Shown here: in pieces, positions 9,915 through 19,956 of the stretch
Numbering within the stretch: position 1 is the stretch's first letter
How the letters are laid out: every line of letters begins with the position of its first letter
Source of the DNA: Thermodesulfobacteriota bacterium
GTDB lineage: Bacteria; Desulfobacterota; WTBG01; CAIYCZ01; CAIRTM01
Assembly (NCBI GenBank): GCA_026415325.1
Contig: JAOAHH010000052.1
Coordinates: 2,886-66,885, forward strand
DNA length: 64,000 bases
Direction of reading: 5' to 3'
Program-made: the position numbers and the translations under genes
Notes under the pieces: generated by a model
Seen by the model: the letters and a program-made list of their open reading frames with translations, nothing else
The model's database searches: none
What the model was told of the DNA's origin: nothing

Positions 9915-10985
9915 ATGCTTTCAGAACTCGATAAAGTACTTGATGAAATCCAAAAAGACCGAGGCATCGACAAAGAGGTGCTCATTAGCGCACTTGAAAA
10001 CGCATTGGTGAAGGCCGCCCACAATAAATATGGGCACGGTCTTGACATCGAAGCGCGGTATAATGAAGCACTGGGTGAGGTGGAGCTGTTCCAGTTCAAA
10101 ATTGTTACCTCTCATGTACAGAACATTGCCAAGGAGATATCGCTTGAGGATGCACGCGCCATCGATCCCGAAGCGCAGGAGGGCGATGAAATCGGAGTCA
10201 AGATGGACACCTCGCAATTTGGCCGGATCGCTGCACAGACCGCCAAGCAGGTCATTATGCAAAATCTCCGCGAAGCAGAACGGGAAAGTGTGTACAGCGA
10301 CTATAAGGATAAAAAGAGCGAGCTGGTGACCGGATTTGTGCACCGGTTTGAAAAGGGAAACATTATCGTGATGCTGGGGAAACATGAGGCATTGCTTCCG
10401 GTACAGGAACAGATTCCCGGTGAGTTGTTTTCCCTGCGCGACCGCGTCAAGGGCTATGTGCTTGATGTGAAAAAAAATGCAAAAGGACCGCAAATCATCA
10501 TTTCACGCACCCATCCCGGGCTGCTGGTGAAGCTGTTTGAGCTTGAGGTTCCTGAAATTGCCGAAGGCATTGTCAGGATTCGCGGGGTTGCCCGTGAACC
10601 CGGAAGCCGTGCAAAGATAGCCGTTGAGTCCCTTGATCCCAAAGTCGATCCGGTAGGCGCTTGTGTGGGGAATCGCGGCGCACGGGTACAAAACATCGTC
10701 AATGAACTGCACGGCGAAAAGATCGACATTATTCCGTGGACAGATGATTTTATGAAATTCGTGTGTGCAGCACTTGCACCTGCTGAAATATCCGAAATTA
10801 TTGTTGACGAACAGAACCGCAGCATTGAAGCTATTGTTGAAGACAAGCAACTCTCTCTTGCGATTGGCAAGAAAGGACAGAACGTCCGCCTTGCTGCCAA
10901 ACTGACCAACTGGAAAATCGATATCCGCACCCGGTCATCTTATGACGAAGACGAGAAAAAATCCGGAGATGAGCAGCAGCAATGA
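9915..10985 (+). CDS. nusA: transcription termination/antitermination factor NusA (short form, no C-terminal AR repeats)
   Basis: N-terminal domain, S1 and KH1/KH2 regions recognisable. Shine-Dalgarno GGAGAAGGG upstream. Confidence 0.95.
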   Translation: MLSELDKVLDEIQKDRGIDKEVLISALENALVKAAHNKYGHGLDIEARYNEALGEVELFQFKIVTSHVQNIAKEISLEDARAIDPEAQEGDEIGVKMDTSQFGRIAAQTAKQVIMQNLREAERESVYSDYKDKKSELVTGFVHRFEKGNIIVMLGKHEALLPVQEQIPGELFSLRDRVKGYVLDVKKNAKGPQIIISRTHPGLLVKLFELEVPEIAEGIVRIRGVAREPGSRAKIAVESLDPKVDPVGACVGNRGARVQNIVNELHGEKIDIIPWTDDFMKFVCAALAPAEISEIIVDEQNRSIEAIVEDKQLSLAIGKKGQNVRLAAKLTNWKIDIRTRSSYDEDEKKSGDEQQQ

Positions 10986-13678
10986 GAGTGTATGAACTGG
11001 CAAAAGAACTGCAGATGAGCAGCAAGGCGCTGATGGAGCATCTTGCCGGTATGGGAATCGCGGTCAAGATGGCCTCAAGTGGGTTGACCGAGGAGCAGGT
11101 CGAGGCCGTGCGCCGGTCGCTGCACGCACCATCCCCTGCGGAACCAGCGCGAGTGCGCCGCGACGAACCGGTTGCCCCAAGCGCAGCACCACCCGAGCCA
11201 GAGGTTCAAGAAACCGTCCGCGGGGATCTTGTCGAGCGTCGTATCGGGATGCGGGTCATCCGGCGCCGTAAAATGGCCGAGCCTGAACCGGTCACTCCAG
11301 CTGAGCCAGAAGGAGCGCCCGAGCAGCTGCCGGCAGTGGAACAGGTTACGCCGGCACCGGAACCGGAACCATCGGTTGCTGTATCGGCTGAACCTGCTGC
11401 GATACAGCCGGAACCTTCCGGAGCGCCGGAGGCCGAAGCCGAAGCGCCGCCTTCTTCGGGTGTGGCACCGCAGGAAACCGTACCGGAGACGACACCGTTA
11501 CAAGAAGCGCCTGCTGCACCACCCATAAAAAAGATCCGTATTACCGAAAAAGAACGCACGCCGGCGCGGGTTATTTCTCGTATTGATCTGGGTAACCGAA
11601 TCGCCAAAACGGACGAGCATCAGGGTGTCGGGGCACTTCCTCAGGACACGACCATTTCGATAGCGGCCTTAACCCGCGAGCAGGAGGAGACGCGGGAGCG
11701 TATCAAACGGGCATTAAAAGACAAAGACAAGGGCGGCCGCAAGAAATTCCGGTGGCAGGAGGAGCTCGATGAGGAGGATGAGCTGGAGACGCCTGCACTT
11801 CCATTTGTGGGGCAACGGGTCCGGTATAAGATAAAGGATCGTCCTCCGGCGAAGGTGAAGAAACACCGCGGAGAGAGCATTGCTGTTGCAGAGAAAAAGG
11901 AGCCTGAGAAGACCGTTCCCAAAGCCATCAAGCGGAAGATTAAGCTGCATGAAGGTATCACGGTCAGCGACCTTGCCCGTCGCATGGGCGTCAAAGGTAC
12001 GGAAGTGATTAAAAAGTTAATCGCGCTCGGCATTATGGCAACCGTCAACCATATGCTGGATACGGATACCGCAACGCTGGTGGCTGCGGATTTTGGTTAT
12101 GAGGTCGAGACCGTCCCCATTGAAGAGGAGATGGTATTTGAAGACACAGCAGGAGATGTCGCCGCGACCGGAACGCAGCGCCGGCCAGTGGTCACGGTCA
12201 TGGGACATGTCGATCACGGGAAAACGACACTGCTCGATGCAATCCGCAAAACCAATGTTGCCGGAGGCGAAAAAGGCGGCATCACCCAACATATCGGTGC
12301 GTATCGCGTAACGACACCGCACGGTGAGATTACGTTTATCGATACCCCCGGCCATGAAGCATTTACGACCATGCGGGCGCGCGGCGCAAAGGTCACCGAT
12401 ATCGTTATTTTGGTTGTTGCTGCAGAAGAAGGCGTGAAGCCCCAGACCATCGAGGCACTCAACCACGCCAAGGCTGCCGGCGTGCCGATCATCGTTGCGG
12501 TGAACAAAATCGATAAGCCCGATGCAAATCCCGACAAGGTGCGGCAGGAACTTTCTCAGTACGGTCTTGTCCCCGAGGAATGGGGTGGTGAGACTATTTA
12601 TGTGAACGTATCCGCCAAAAAGAACCAGGGCATCGACCGGCTGCTCGAGATGGTGCTGTTGCAGGCAGAAATGATGGAACTTAAAGCAGATCCTGACCGT
12701 CAGGCGCGGGGCGTCATCATCGAAGCACGGCTTGACCGCGGCAGAGGGCCGATTGCAACGGTTTTGGTGCAAGAGGGGACGCTGCGCGTGGGTGACTCGT
12801 TTGTATCGCGGCACAACTTCGGGAAGGTGCGCGCCCTCATCGATGACACCGGCGCATTGATCCGCGAGGCAGGTCCGGCAACACCGGTCGAGGTTGTGGG
12901 GTTCTCCAGCGTCCCAGAAGCAGGGGACAAATTTGTGGTGATCGATGAGAAGAAGGCACGGCAGACCAGTCTGTACTGGCAAGAAAAGCGGCGCAAGGAG
13001 GAATTGCGTCGAGACGTCAGAGTGTCACTGGAAAACTTTTATACGACGCTTGCCGAATCTGAGATCAAAGAGCTGCGTCTTGTCGTCAAAGCAGATGTTC
13101 AGGGCTCGGTCGAGGCGCTCAAACAGTCCCTTGAAAATCTCAGCACCGACGAAATCAAGGTGCGAGTTATCCATGCATCCGTAGGGGCCGTGAGCCTGAA
13201 CGACGTGATGCTTGCCGCAGCATCACAGGCCATCATCATCGGTTTTAATGTCAAGACCGAACCAAAAGTCGATGATGCGGCTACCCGCGAGCAGGTTGAC
13301 ATACGGCTCTATGGGATTATCTACGATGTCGTCGACGACGTGAAAAATGCGATGAGCGGCATGCTGGCACCCGAAGTTGTCGAACGGGTGCTCGGCAAAG
13401 CAGAGGTGCGGCAGGTGTTTACGGTATCAAAAATCGGAACGGTTGCCGGCTGCTTTGTTGTTGAGGGCAAGATCGCCAACGATGCACGCGTCAGGATCAT
13501 GCGCAGCGGTTCCCTTATCCATGACGGTACTATTCTCTCGCTGAAGCGCTTTAAGGATGATGTCAAGGAAGTACTGGCGGGGCAGGAATGCGGTATCGGC
13601 GTGAGCGATTTTCGGCAGTTTGAGGCTGGTGACATCATCGAATGTTACACAACCGAAGAGGTCAGGCGACGGCTGTAA
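10982..13678 (+). CDS. infB: translation initiation factor IF-2
   Basis: [10 protein letters not shown]... N-terminus, G-domain ([24 protein letters not shown]), C-terminal beta-barrels. Start overlaps the nusA stop (ATGA). Confidence 0.95.
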   Translation: MRVYELAKELQMSSKALMEHLAGMGIAVKMASSGLTEEQVEAVRRSLHAPSPAEPARVRRDEPVAPSAAPPEPEVQETVRGDLVERRIGMRVIRRRKMAEPEPVTPAEPEGAPEQLPAVEQVTPAPEPEPSVAVSAEPAAIQPEPSGAPEAEAEAPPSSGVAPQETVPETTPLQEAPAAPPIKKIRITEKERTPARVISRIDLGNRIAKTDEHQGVGALPQDTTISIAALTREQEETRERIKRALKDKDKGGRKKFRWQEELDEEDELETPALPFVGQRVRYKIKDRPPAKVKKHRGESIAVAEKKEPEKTVPKAIKRKIKLHEGITVSDLARRMGVKGTEVIKKLIALGIMATVNHMLDTDTATLVAADFGYEVETVPIEEEMVFEDTAGDVAATGTQRRPVVTVMGHVDHGKTTLLDAIRKTNVAGGEKGGITQHIGAYRVTTPHGEITFIDTPGHEAFTTMRARGAKVTDIVILVVAAEEGVKPQTIEALNHAKAAGVPIIVAVNKIDKPDANPDKVRQELSQYGLVPEEWGGETIYVNVSAKKNQGIDRLLEMVLLQAEMMELKADPDRQARGVIIEARLDRGRGPIATVLVQEGTLRVGDSFVSRHNFGKVRALIDDTGALIREAGPATPVEVVGFSSVPEAGDKFVVIDEKKARQTSLYWQEKRRKEELRRDVRVSLENFYTTLAESEIKELRLVVKADVQGSVEALKQSLENLSTDEIKVRVIHASVGAVSLNDVMLAAASQAIIIGFNVKTEPKVDDAATREQVDIRLYGIIYDVVDDVKNAMSGMLAPEVVERVLGKAEVRQVFTVSKIGTVAGCFVVEGKIANDARVRIMRSGSLIHDGTILSLKRFKDDVKEVLAGQECGIGVSDFRQFEAGDIIECYTTEEVRRRL

Positions 13679-13681
13679 GCC

Positions 13682-13975
13682 ATGGTTGTCGGGGTCTGCC
13701 AGCTCCAACTTGCGCTGCAGGATGTCTTCTCCCTTAAGGAGAAGCGCAGCATTGTCAAACGGCTTACCGGAAGGGTACGGGAGCGATTTCCAGTATCGAT
13801 TGCGGAGGTCGGCGACAACGACCTTTGGCAACGGTCGCGCATTGGGTTTGCGGTAGTCGGGAACGACCGCGCGTTTGTTAACGAGGCGATCGACAAGATT
13901 ATCGATGCGATTGAGGATATGTATCTTGCTGACATCGTGGATCAGCAGATCGAAATTATCAGTTTTAATCTGTAA
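13682..13975 (+). CDS. DUF503-family protein (YlxP-like), conserved between infB and rbfA
   Basis: 97-aa protein in the conserved infB-DUF503-rbfA position. Confidence 0.75.
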   Translation: MVVGVCQLQLALQDVFSLKEKRSIVKRLTGRVRERFPVSIAEVGDNDLWQRSRIGFAVVGNDRAFVNEAIDKIIDAIEDMYLADIVDQQIEIISFNL

Positions 13976-13985
13976 TGCGTGATGT

Positions 13986-14384
13986 ATGCGTTCGGGTTAT
14001 TCACGGGTTGACCGTGTGTCTGACAGTATCAAAAAAGAGGTTGCCGATATTTTGAACCGGCACGTAAAAGACCCGCGCCTTGCTTTTATGACGATCACTT
14101 ATGTACGCGTGGCGCGTGATTTGCGGCACGCCCGCATTTATTTCACCAGTATGCGGGAAGATGCGGATCTGGAAGCGGTGTTTGAGGGATTGCGTCGGGC
14201 AACAGGATTTGTGCAGCGCAAGCTCGGTGAGCGGCTGCACCTGCGGTATACGCCACACCTCAGCTTTACCTATGATACCTCGGTTGCCCGCGGTCTTCGC
14301 ATGACCAGACTGCTTGCCGAGATCGAACACGAGATCGATGAAATTGATGAGATCAATGGAGATGACTCACCAACCGTGCCGTGA
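13986..14384 (+). CDS. rbfA: ribosome-binding factor A
   Basis: RbfA KH-like pattern (R..RV...IK.E...IL...DPRL). Conserved operon position. Confidence 0.9.
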   Translation: MRSGYSRVDRVSDSIKKEVADILNRHVKDPRLAFMTITYVRVARDLRHARIYFTSMREDADLEAVFEGLRRATGFVQRKLGERLHLRYTPHLSFTYDTSVARGLRMTRLLAEIEHEIDEIDEINGDDSPTVP

Positions 14385-15339
14385 GAGCGGCGTGCTGGTC
14401 ATCAACAAAACGGTGGGCATGACCTCACATGATGTATGCGCTGCTGTGAAACGGCACTTTCGTGTGGCCAAGGCAGGTCACGTGGGCACGTTGGATCCAC
14501 TGGCAACCGGCGTGTTGCCGGTATGCGTGAATGAGGCCACAAAGCTGGTGCAGTTTCTCATGCATCAGGACAAAGAATACCGGTGCACCATGGAGCTCGG
14601 CGTAACGACCGATACCCATGACCGTGAGGGAGCGGTAATCGCCCGGTGCACCGATATCCCTGAAGATCCGGCATTGATTCAGCGCACGCTGATGGCACTG
14701 CGCGGTGATCGGTGGCAGATACCACCGATGTTTTCCGCGCTCAAACAAAACGGTATTCCCTTGTACCGGCTGGCGCGGTCAGGCGCAACGGTCCAACGGC
14801 AGCCGCGCCGCATCAGCATCAAAGAAATTGATGTGATCGCCATCGAGGTGCCGCATGTCGTGTTTCGGGTGGTCTGTTCAGCGGGCACGTATGTGCGGAC
14901 ATTGTGCCACGAGATCGGTGATCTCTTGGGATGCGGTGCCCATATGGTTGCGCTGGAGCGGGTTCGCAACGGATCGTTTCATATCAAGAGGGCAGTTTCG
15001 TGTGAAGAGCTTTTTGCGCTCCCCCGCAGCGAGGCGCTTTCGCGATATCTGATTCCGATGCCGGCGGCACTGTACGGCATGCCGGAAATTACGGTCTGCG
15101 ATAGTGTTGCTCGCAAGCTGCAGAGCGGTGCGCCGGTTACTCGGGGCGATATAGGGGACCTGCAGGTGCCACCCTGTGCGACAGGGCAACAGGTGAAAGT
15201 ATTGTCCCGAACCGGCCAGCTTATCGGTATTGTGACACCACTTCCTGACGGAGCACAAGAATGCATGCCGGCGTGGAAAACGATCAGGGTGTTTGCTTCG
15301 CGGGAGGAATGCGGCAGCGCAAGACGTATCTATCAGTAA
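14362..15339 (+). CDS. truB: tRNA pseudouridine(55) synthase TruB
   Basis: GVLVINKTVGMTSHD...GTLDPLATGVL catalytic-Asp motif. Exact start uncertain: ATG 14356/14362, or GTG 14392 which has a better Shine-Dalgarno. Overlaps the rbfA 3' end. Confidence 0.85.
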   Translation: MTHQPCRESGVLVINKTVGMTSHDVCAAVKRHFRVAKAGHVGTLDPLATGVLPVCVNEATKLVQFLMHQDKEYRCTMELGVTTDTHDREGAVIARCTDIPEDPALIQRTLMALRGDRWQIPPMFSALKQNGIPLYRLARSGATVQRQPRRISIKEIDVIAIEVPHVVFRVVCSAGTYVRTLCHEIGDLLGCGAHMVALERVRNGSFHIKRAVSCEELFALPRSEALSRYLIPMPAALYGMPEITVCDSVARKLQSGAPVTRGDIGDLQVPPCATGQQVKVLSRTGQLIGIVTPLPDGAQECMPAWKTIRVFASREECGSARRIYQ

Positions 15340-15366
15340 CCATAAACGTAAGGAGAGAGACACGAC

Positions 15367-15636
15367 ATGGTATTACAATCAGCACAGAAACAGCAGATTA
15401 TCGCTAAGTTTCAAACGCATGAGAAGGATACGGGATCGACCAAGGTGCAGATTGCATTGCTTACCGAGCGGATTAATTATCTGACCGAGCACTTCAAAAT
15501 GCATAAAAAGGATTTTCATTCCCGGCGCGGGCTGTTGAAGATCGTCAACAAGCGGCGCAAGTTGCTGGAATATCTCAAGCAGCGGGATTATCCAACATAT
15601 AAGGAGCTGATTCAGCAGCTCAACATCCGAAAGTAA
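15367..15636 (+). CDS. rpsO: 30S ribosomal protein S15
   Basis: 89-aa protein with the [26 protein letters not shown] signature. Confidence 0.95.
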   Translation: MVLQSAQKQQIIAKFQTHEKDTGSTKVQIALLTERINYLTEHFKMHKKDFHSRRGLLKIVNKRRKLLEYLKQRDYPTYKELIQQLNIRK

Positions 15637-15693
15637 TGGATGTACAGCGGCAGCACGCCGCACGTGCAGACAGGACAAGAAAGGTTATCACAC

Positions 15694-17790
15694 ATGAAAG
15701 AAGTTGTCACAACACAATGGGGGGGGCGAACCCTGTCCATCGAAACAGGTCAACTCGCCAAGCAGGCGAACGGTTCGGTATTGGTGCGGTATGGTGAGAG
15801 TGCGGTGCTCGTTACCGCTACCGCAGCGAAGACGCCGCGCGAGGGCATCGATTTTTTTCCGCTGTCGGTCGATTATCTCGAGATGACCTATGCTGCGGGA
15901 AAGATCCCGGGCGGATTTTTCAAACGAGAAGGACGCCCCAGCGAGCGTGAAGTACTGGTATCGCGTTTTATTGACCGACCGCTGCGGCCGCTCTTCCCCG
16001 AACATTTCAGAAACGACGTGCAGATCATCGCAACAGTCTTATCGGCAGACGATGAAAACGACCCTGATGTAGTCGCCATTGCCGGGGCCTCGGCAGCGCT
16101 GGAAATTTCCGATATCCCCTTCAACGGGCCGATTGCCGGTGTGCGCATCGGGAGGATTAACGACACGTTTGTCATCAATCCGCCGCTGAGTATCATGAAA
16201 GACAGCGACATAGACCTTATCGTTGCCGGCAGCGAGGAAGCGGTTGTCATGGTGGAGGGCAGCGCACGGGGGGTCCCTGAAGCGGTCGTGCTTGATGCAA
16301 TCATGTTCGGGCATCGCAGCCTGCAGGATGTCATTCAGTTGCAGCGGGAACTGCGGGCAAAGGTCGGCAAACCAAAGCTGAGCGTTGCAGCACCGGACAT
16401 GCCGCAAGACCTTGTTATTCAGGTGCGGCAGCGTGCTGAGCCAGCGATCAGGCAGGCACTGTCGATTTCGACGAAGCTTGATCGCAACGCGGCGCTTAGA
16501 GCGGTGATGCAGGAGATTGTCGAAGAGTTCACCCACACTGCAGGAGAAGCGATGCAGCCGACGGTGCGCTCGATTCTCGAAGCGCTCCACGAAGAGATTA
16601 TCCGCAGCATGATCTTAGAGCAGGGTAAACGCATAGACGGACGCTCGCCGACGGATATTCGTCCTATCAGTTGCGATGTCGGAGTGTTGCCACGGACACA
16701 CGGATCGGGGCTGTTTACCCGTGGCGAGACCCAGGTGATGGTGACCACGACGCTCGGAACGGCGCAAGACGAGCAGCGGATCGACTCACTCATCGGTGAA
16801 AGCTCAAAAGCTTTTATGCTGCACTATAATTTTCCGCCGTTCTGTGTCGGTGAGGTGCGGCCGCTGCGCGCGCCCAGTAGACGCGAAATCGGCCACGGCA
16901 ATCTTGCAGAGCGGGCAATTATCCCTGTGCTCCCATCCGCGGATACGTTTCCGTATACCATCAGGATTGTCTCCGAAGTCCTTGAATCAAACGGATCCTC
17001 TTCAATGGCAACGGTCTGCGGCAGCATTTTGTCGTTGATGGATGCCGGGGTGCCGATCAAAGAACCGGTGGCGGGTATTGCGATGGGCCTTGTGAAAGAG
17101 GGGGAGCGTTTTGTCGTTTTGTCTGATATTTTAGGCGACGAAGATCATGTGGGTGATATGGATTTTAAAGTCGCAGGAACCAGAACCGGTGTGACCGCGA
17201 TCCAGATGGACATTAAAATAGCGGGGCTTACGCGTGACATTCTCACAACGGCATTGGAACAGGCACGTATCGGACGACTGCACATCCTGGATATTATGAT
17301 GAACACCATTGCAGCGCCACGGCCCGAGATTTCTCCGCGGGCGCCGCGCATCGCTACCCTGCAGGTAAAGCCTGATAAAATCAGCACGATTATCGGACCC
17401 GGCGGCAAGACCATCAAAGGCATTATTGCGCAGACCGGCGTGAAGATCGATGTTGAGGATGACGGCAAGGTCACGGTTGCTTCGCCGGACAAGGCATCCA
17501 TCGAGCAGGCGATACAGATGATCCGCGGGCTTATCGAGGAAGCCGAAATCGGCAAGACCTATCTGGGCACTGTACGGCGCATTACTGATTTCGGAGCTTT
17601 TGTTGAAATACTGCCTGGCATCGACGGTCTTATTCATATCTCGCAACTTGATACCAAGCGGGTTAACAATGTGCGGGATATTCTCAAGGAAGGCGATGAG
17701 GTATTGGTCAAAGTGCTTGATATTGATGCCCAAGGCAAGATCAGACTAAGTAGAAAAGCCGTGCTTGCCGAAAAAAGCCCGCGATCATAA
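15694..17790 (+). CDS. pnp: polyribonucleotide nucleotidyltransferase (PNPase)
   Basis: Two RNase PH domains, KH and C-terminal S1 domain. Start set to ATG 15694 (MKEVVTT...) with GAAAGG Shine-Dalgarno. Confidence 0.95.
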   Translation: MKEVVTTQWGGRTLSIETGQLAKQANGSVLVRYGESAVLVTATAAKTPREGIDFFPLSVDYLEMTYAAGKIPGGFFKREGRPSEREVLVSRFIDRPLRPLFPEHFRNDVQIIATVLSADDENDPDVVAIAGASAALEISDIPFNGPIAGVRIGRINDTFVINPPLSIMKDSDIDLIVAGSEEAVVMVEGSARGVPEAVVLDAIMFGHRSLQDVIQLQRELRAKVGKPKLSVAAPDMPQDLVIQVRQRAEPAIRQALSISTKLDRNAALRAVMQEIVEEFTHTAGEAMQPTVRSILEALHEEIIRSMILEQGKRIDGRSPTDIRPISCDVGVLPRTHGSGLFTRGETQVMVTTTLGTAQDEQRIDSLIGESSKAFMLHYNFPPFCVGEVRPLRAPSRREIGHGNLAERAIIPVLPSADTFPYTIRIVSEVLESNGSSSMATVCGSILSLMDAGVPIKEPVAGIAMGLVKEGERFVVLSDILGDEDHVGDMDFKVAGTRTGVTAIQMDIKIAGLTRDILTTALEQARIGRLHILDIMMNTIAAPRPEISPRAPRIATLQVKPDKISTIIGPGGKTIKGIIAQTGVKIDVEDDGKVTVASPDKASIEQAIQMIRGLIEEAEIGKTYLGTVRRITDFGAFVEILPGIDGLIHISQLDTKRVNNVRDILKEGDEVLVKVLDIDAQGKIRLSRKAVLAEKSPRS

Positions 17791-17804
17791 ACATCCATCG
17801 AGCA

Positions 17805-17837
17805 GGCTGCGTCGGCACTGCCAATGCCGGTGCAGCC
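17805..17837 (+). terminator. GC-rich 13-bp hairpin immediately 3' of pnp (possible 3' stabiliser or partial terminator; T-run only ~20 nt further)
   Basis: GGCTGCGTCGGCA-CTGCCAA-TGCCGGTGCAGCC paired by hand (two G-U wobbles). Confidence 0.35.
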
Positions 17838-17920
17838 GGTCATTGCACGTACCACCACATTTCTTTTGAACCATGCCGGACACGCCGCCGGCGGTTTAGG
17901 GCAGAGGGGTTCTGTATTCC

Positions 17921-19180
17921 ATGATTGAGAAAACGGTTCTCTCTAACGGCGTTCGCATCCTGACCGAAACGCTCCCGGAGATGCATTCGGTTGCCATCGG
18001 GATTTGGATCGCAGCCGGTTCGCGCCACGAGCAGGAGCACGAAAACGGTCTTGCCCATTTCATCGAACACATGCTGTTTAAGGGTACAGCCCGTTATAGC
18101 GCTGCAGATATCGCCCGGATGGTCGACGCTGTTGGCGGCGTATTCAATGCGTTCACTGCAAAGGAGTATACCTGCTTGTACATCAAGGTTCTGCATCAGC
18201 ACAGCGCACGTGCCATGGAAGTGCTGTGCGATATCTTTTTTCACTCGCTGTTTCATGAGGCAGAGATCGAAAAAGAGCGGAACGTCATTCTGCAAGAAAT
18301 CAGCATGGTCAGGGACACGCCCGATGATTATATCCACGATCTCTTGGGGCATGTCTATTTTGGACGGCATCCGCTCGGACGGGCAATTTTAGGCAACCGC
18401 AAGAGTGTCTGCGCGTTTTCACGGCAGCATATCGTGGATTTTTATGCGCGAGAGTATCTTGTTCCCGAGCGCATTATTATTGCTGCTGCCGGAAGGATCG
18501 AGCACAGCAGAATGCTTGACTGGTTCGGAGGTCGCTTTGAACATCTCTCGGGCACTGCAGTCCCCTATCGACCCGCCCCGCCTCCCCGGTTTAAAACCGT
18601 CTTCTACTACCGCAATCTCGAGCAAGTCCATATCTGTTTTGGAATTCCGGGCGTATCCCATCAGGACCCCGGCAGATATGCGTTTGCTGCGGCTAATGCG
18701 ATTCTTGGCGGGAGTATGAGCTCCCGCCTGTTTCAAGAGATACGCGAAAACCGAGGATTGGCCTATGCCGTGTATTCCTGTATCGCATCGTTTCACGATG
18801 CTGGCGTGCTCTGTGTCTATTTGGGCATTCCGCCCGCTGCATTGCCGGAGGCACTGCCGATCGTGCAGCGGGAGCTTTCCCGGATGTGCGATGAACAGGT
18901 GTCTGTCGAGGAACTCAACACCGCTAAAGAACAGTTAAAAGGAAATTTGCTCCTGGGGCTTGAGAGCACCGACAGCCGCATGAGTCGCCTTGCCAAATGT
19001 GAGCTGTATTACGGCATGCACCTCAGCGTTCAGGAGATCATCGCCAGCATCGATGCGCTGACAGCAGAAGATTTGCAGATGCTTATGCGAATGCTTTTTG
19101 ACAATGGGCGCTATGCCTGTGTTGTGCTCGGGCCGGTCAAAAAGGATGACGCCGCAGCGCACGCACTGCTCACGCAATGA
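17921..19180 (+). CDS. M16-family zinc peptidase (insulinase/pitrilysin-like)
   Basis: HxxEH inverted zinc motif (HFIEHMLFKGT). Conserved position after pnp. Confidence 0.85.
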   Translation: MIEKTVLSNGVRILTETLPEMHSVAIGIWIAAGSRHEQEHENGLAHFIEHMLFKGTARYSAADIARMVDAVGGVFNAFTAKEYTCLYIKVLHQHSARAMEVLCDIFFHSLFHEAEIEKERNVILQEISMVRDTPDDYIHDLLGHVYFGRHPLGRAILGNRKSVCAFSRQHIVDFYAREYLVPERIIIAAAGRIEHSRMLDWFGGRFEHLSGTAVPYRPAPPPRFKTVFYYRNLEQVHICFGIPGVSHQDPGRYAFAAANAILGGSMSSRLFQEIRENRGLAYAVYSCIASFHDAGVLCVYLGIPPAALPEALPIVQRELSRMCDEQVSVEELNTAKEQLKGNLLLGLESTDSRMSRLAKCELYYGMHLSVQEIIASIDALTAEDLQMLMRMLFDNGRYACVVLGPVKKDDAAAHALLTQ

Positions 19181-19203
19181 TCTTTCCCCGCCGCTGGATA
19201 TGT

Positions 19204-19956
19204 TTACAGCCCTCCATGCGTGTATGCATAGATAAAAAATTCACGGTTGCCCTTTTTGCCGGGAACCGGTGACTCCACAATGCCGCCTACCATCATGTTG
19301 AGTGAGTGCATCAGCGCGACAATTCGGTGCTGCACCTCCTGATATCGGGCGCGATCACGAACAATGCCGCCTGCGGGCACTGCATGCCGGGGCACTTCAA
19401 ACTGTGGCTTCATGAGACACAGTACCTGTGCGGGTTGCACGAGGAGCGTGATGACATGCGGCAACACACGGCTGAGCGATGTAAAGGAAACATCGATGAC
19501 GGCAAGCTCAGGTTGCGGATCGAGGTCTTGGGGGGTAATATCTCGAATATCGGTTCTGTCGTAGCGCACTACCCGTGGATCATGCTGGAGCTTCCATGCA
19601 AGCTGCCCGTATCCGACGTCAACTGCATAGACACGGCGCGCACCGTGCTGCAGCAGACAATCGGTGAAACCGCCCTGTGATGCACCGACATCAAGTACGA
19701 CCTTCCCTGCAACCGGTACCTGAAAGATAGCAAGCGGCAGTGCCAGCTTCATGCCGCCTCTCCCGACATACGGTGCTGCAGGGTGTTTGATGCGGATATC
19801 CGCATCCGGGGGAACAAGGGTGCCTGGTTTGTCGATCCGGTGATCGCCAACAACGATGTTGCCTGCCATGATGAGCGCGCGTGCTTCATGCAGCGATATG
19901 GCAACGCCACGCCTGACCAGAAGGTTATCGAGACGCTCCCGATGCTTGCGCGCCAT
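19204..19956 (-). CDS. tlyA: TlyA-family rRNA 2'-O-methyltransferase (S4-like + FtsJ domains)
   Basis: MARKHRERLDNLLVRRG (S4-like) then a VLDVGASQGGFT methyltransferase motif. Start set to the internal ATG at 19956, verified. The longer ORF-track N-terminus is antisense to dxs. Confidence 0.85.
   Translation of the reverse strand: MARKHRERLDNLLVRRGVAISLHEARALIMAGNIVVGDHRIDKPGTLVPPDADIRIKHPAAPYVGRGGMKLALPLAIFQVPVAGKVVLDVGASQGGFTDCLLQHGARRVYAVDVGYGQLAWKLQHDPRVVRYDRTDIRDITPQDLDPQPELAVIDVSFTSLSRVLPHVITLLVQPAQVLCLMKPQFEVPRHAVPAGGIVRDRARYQEVQHRIVALMHSLNMMVGGIVESPVPGKKGNREFFIYAYTHGGL

Noticed and set aside
11206-12982. Several 100-320-aa ORFs antisense to infB (e.g. 12017-12982)
   Set aside because: High-GC antisense frames inside a strongly supported IF-2 gene, with no start signals.
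15653-15667. rpsO-pnp intergenic hairpin (GCACG-CCGCA-CGTGC)
   Set aside because: Only a 5-bp stem. It possibly corresponds to the known RNase III/attenuator region, but is too weak to annotate.
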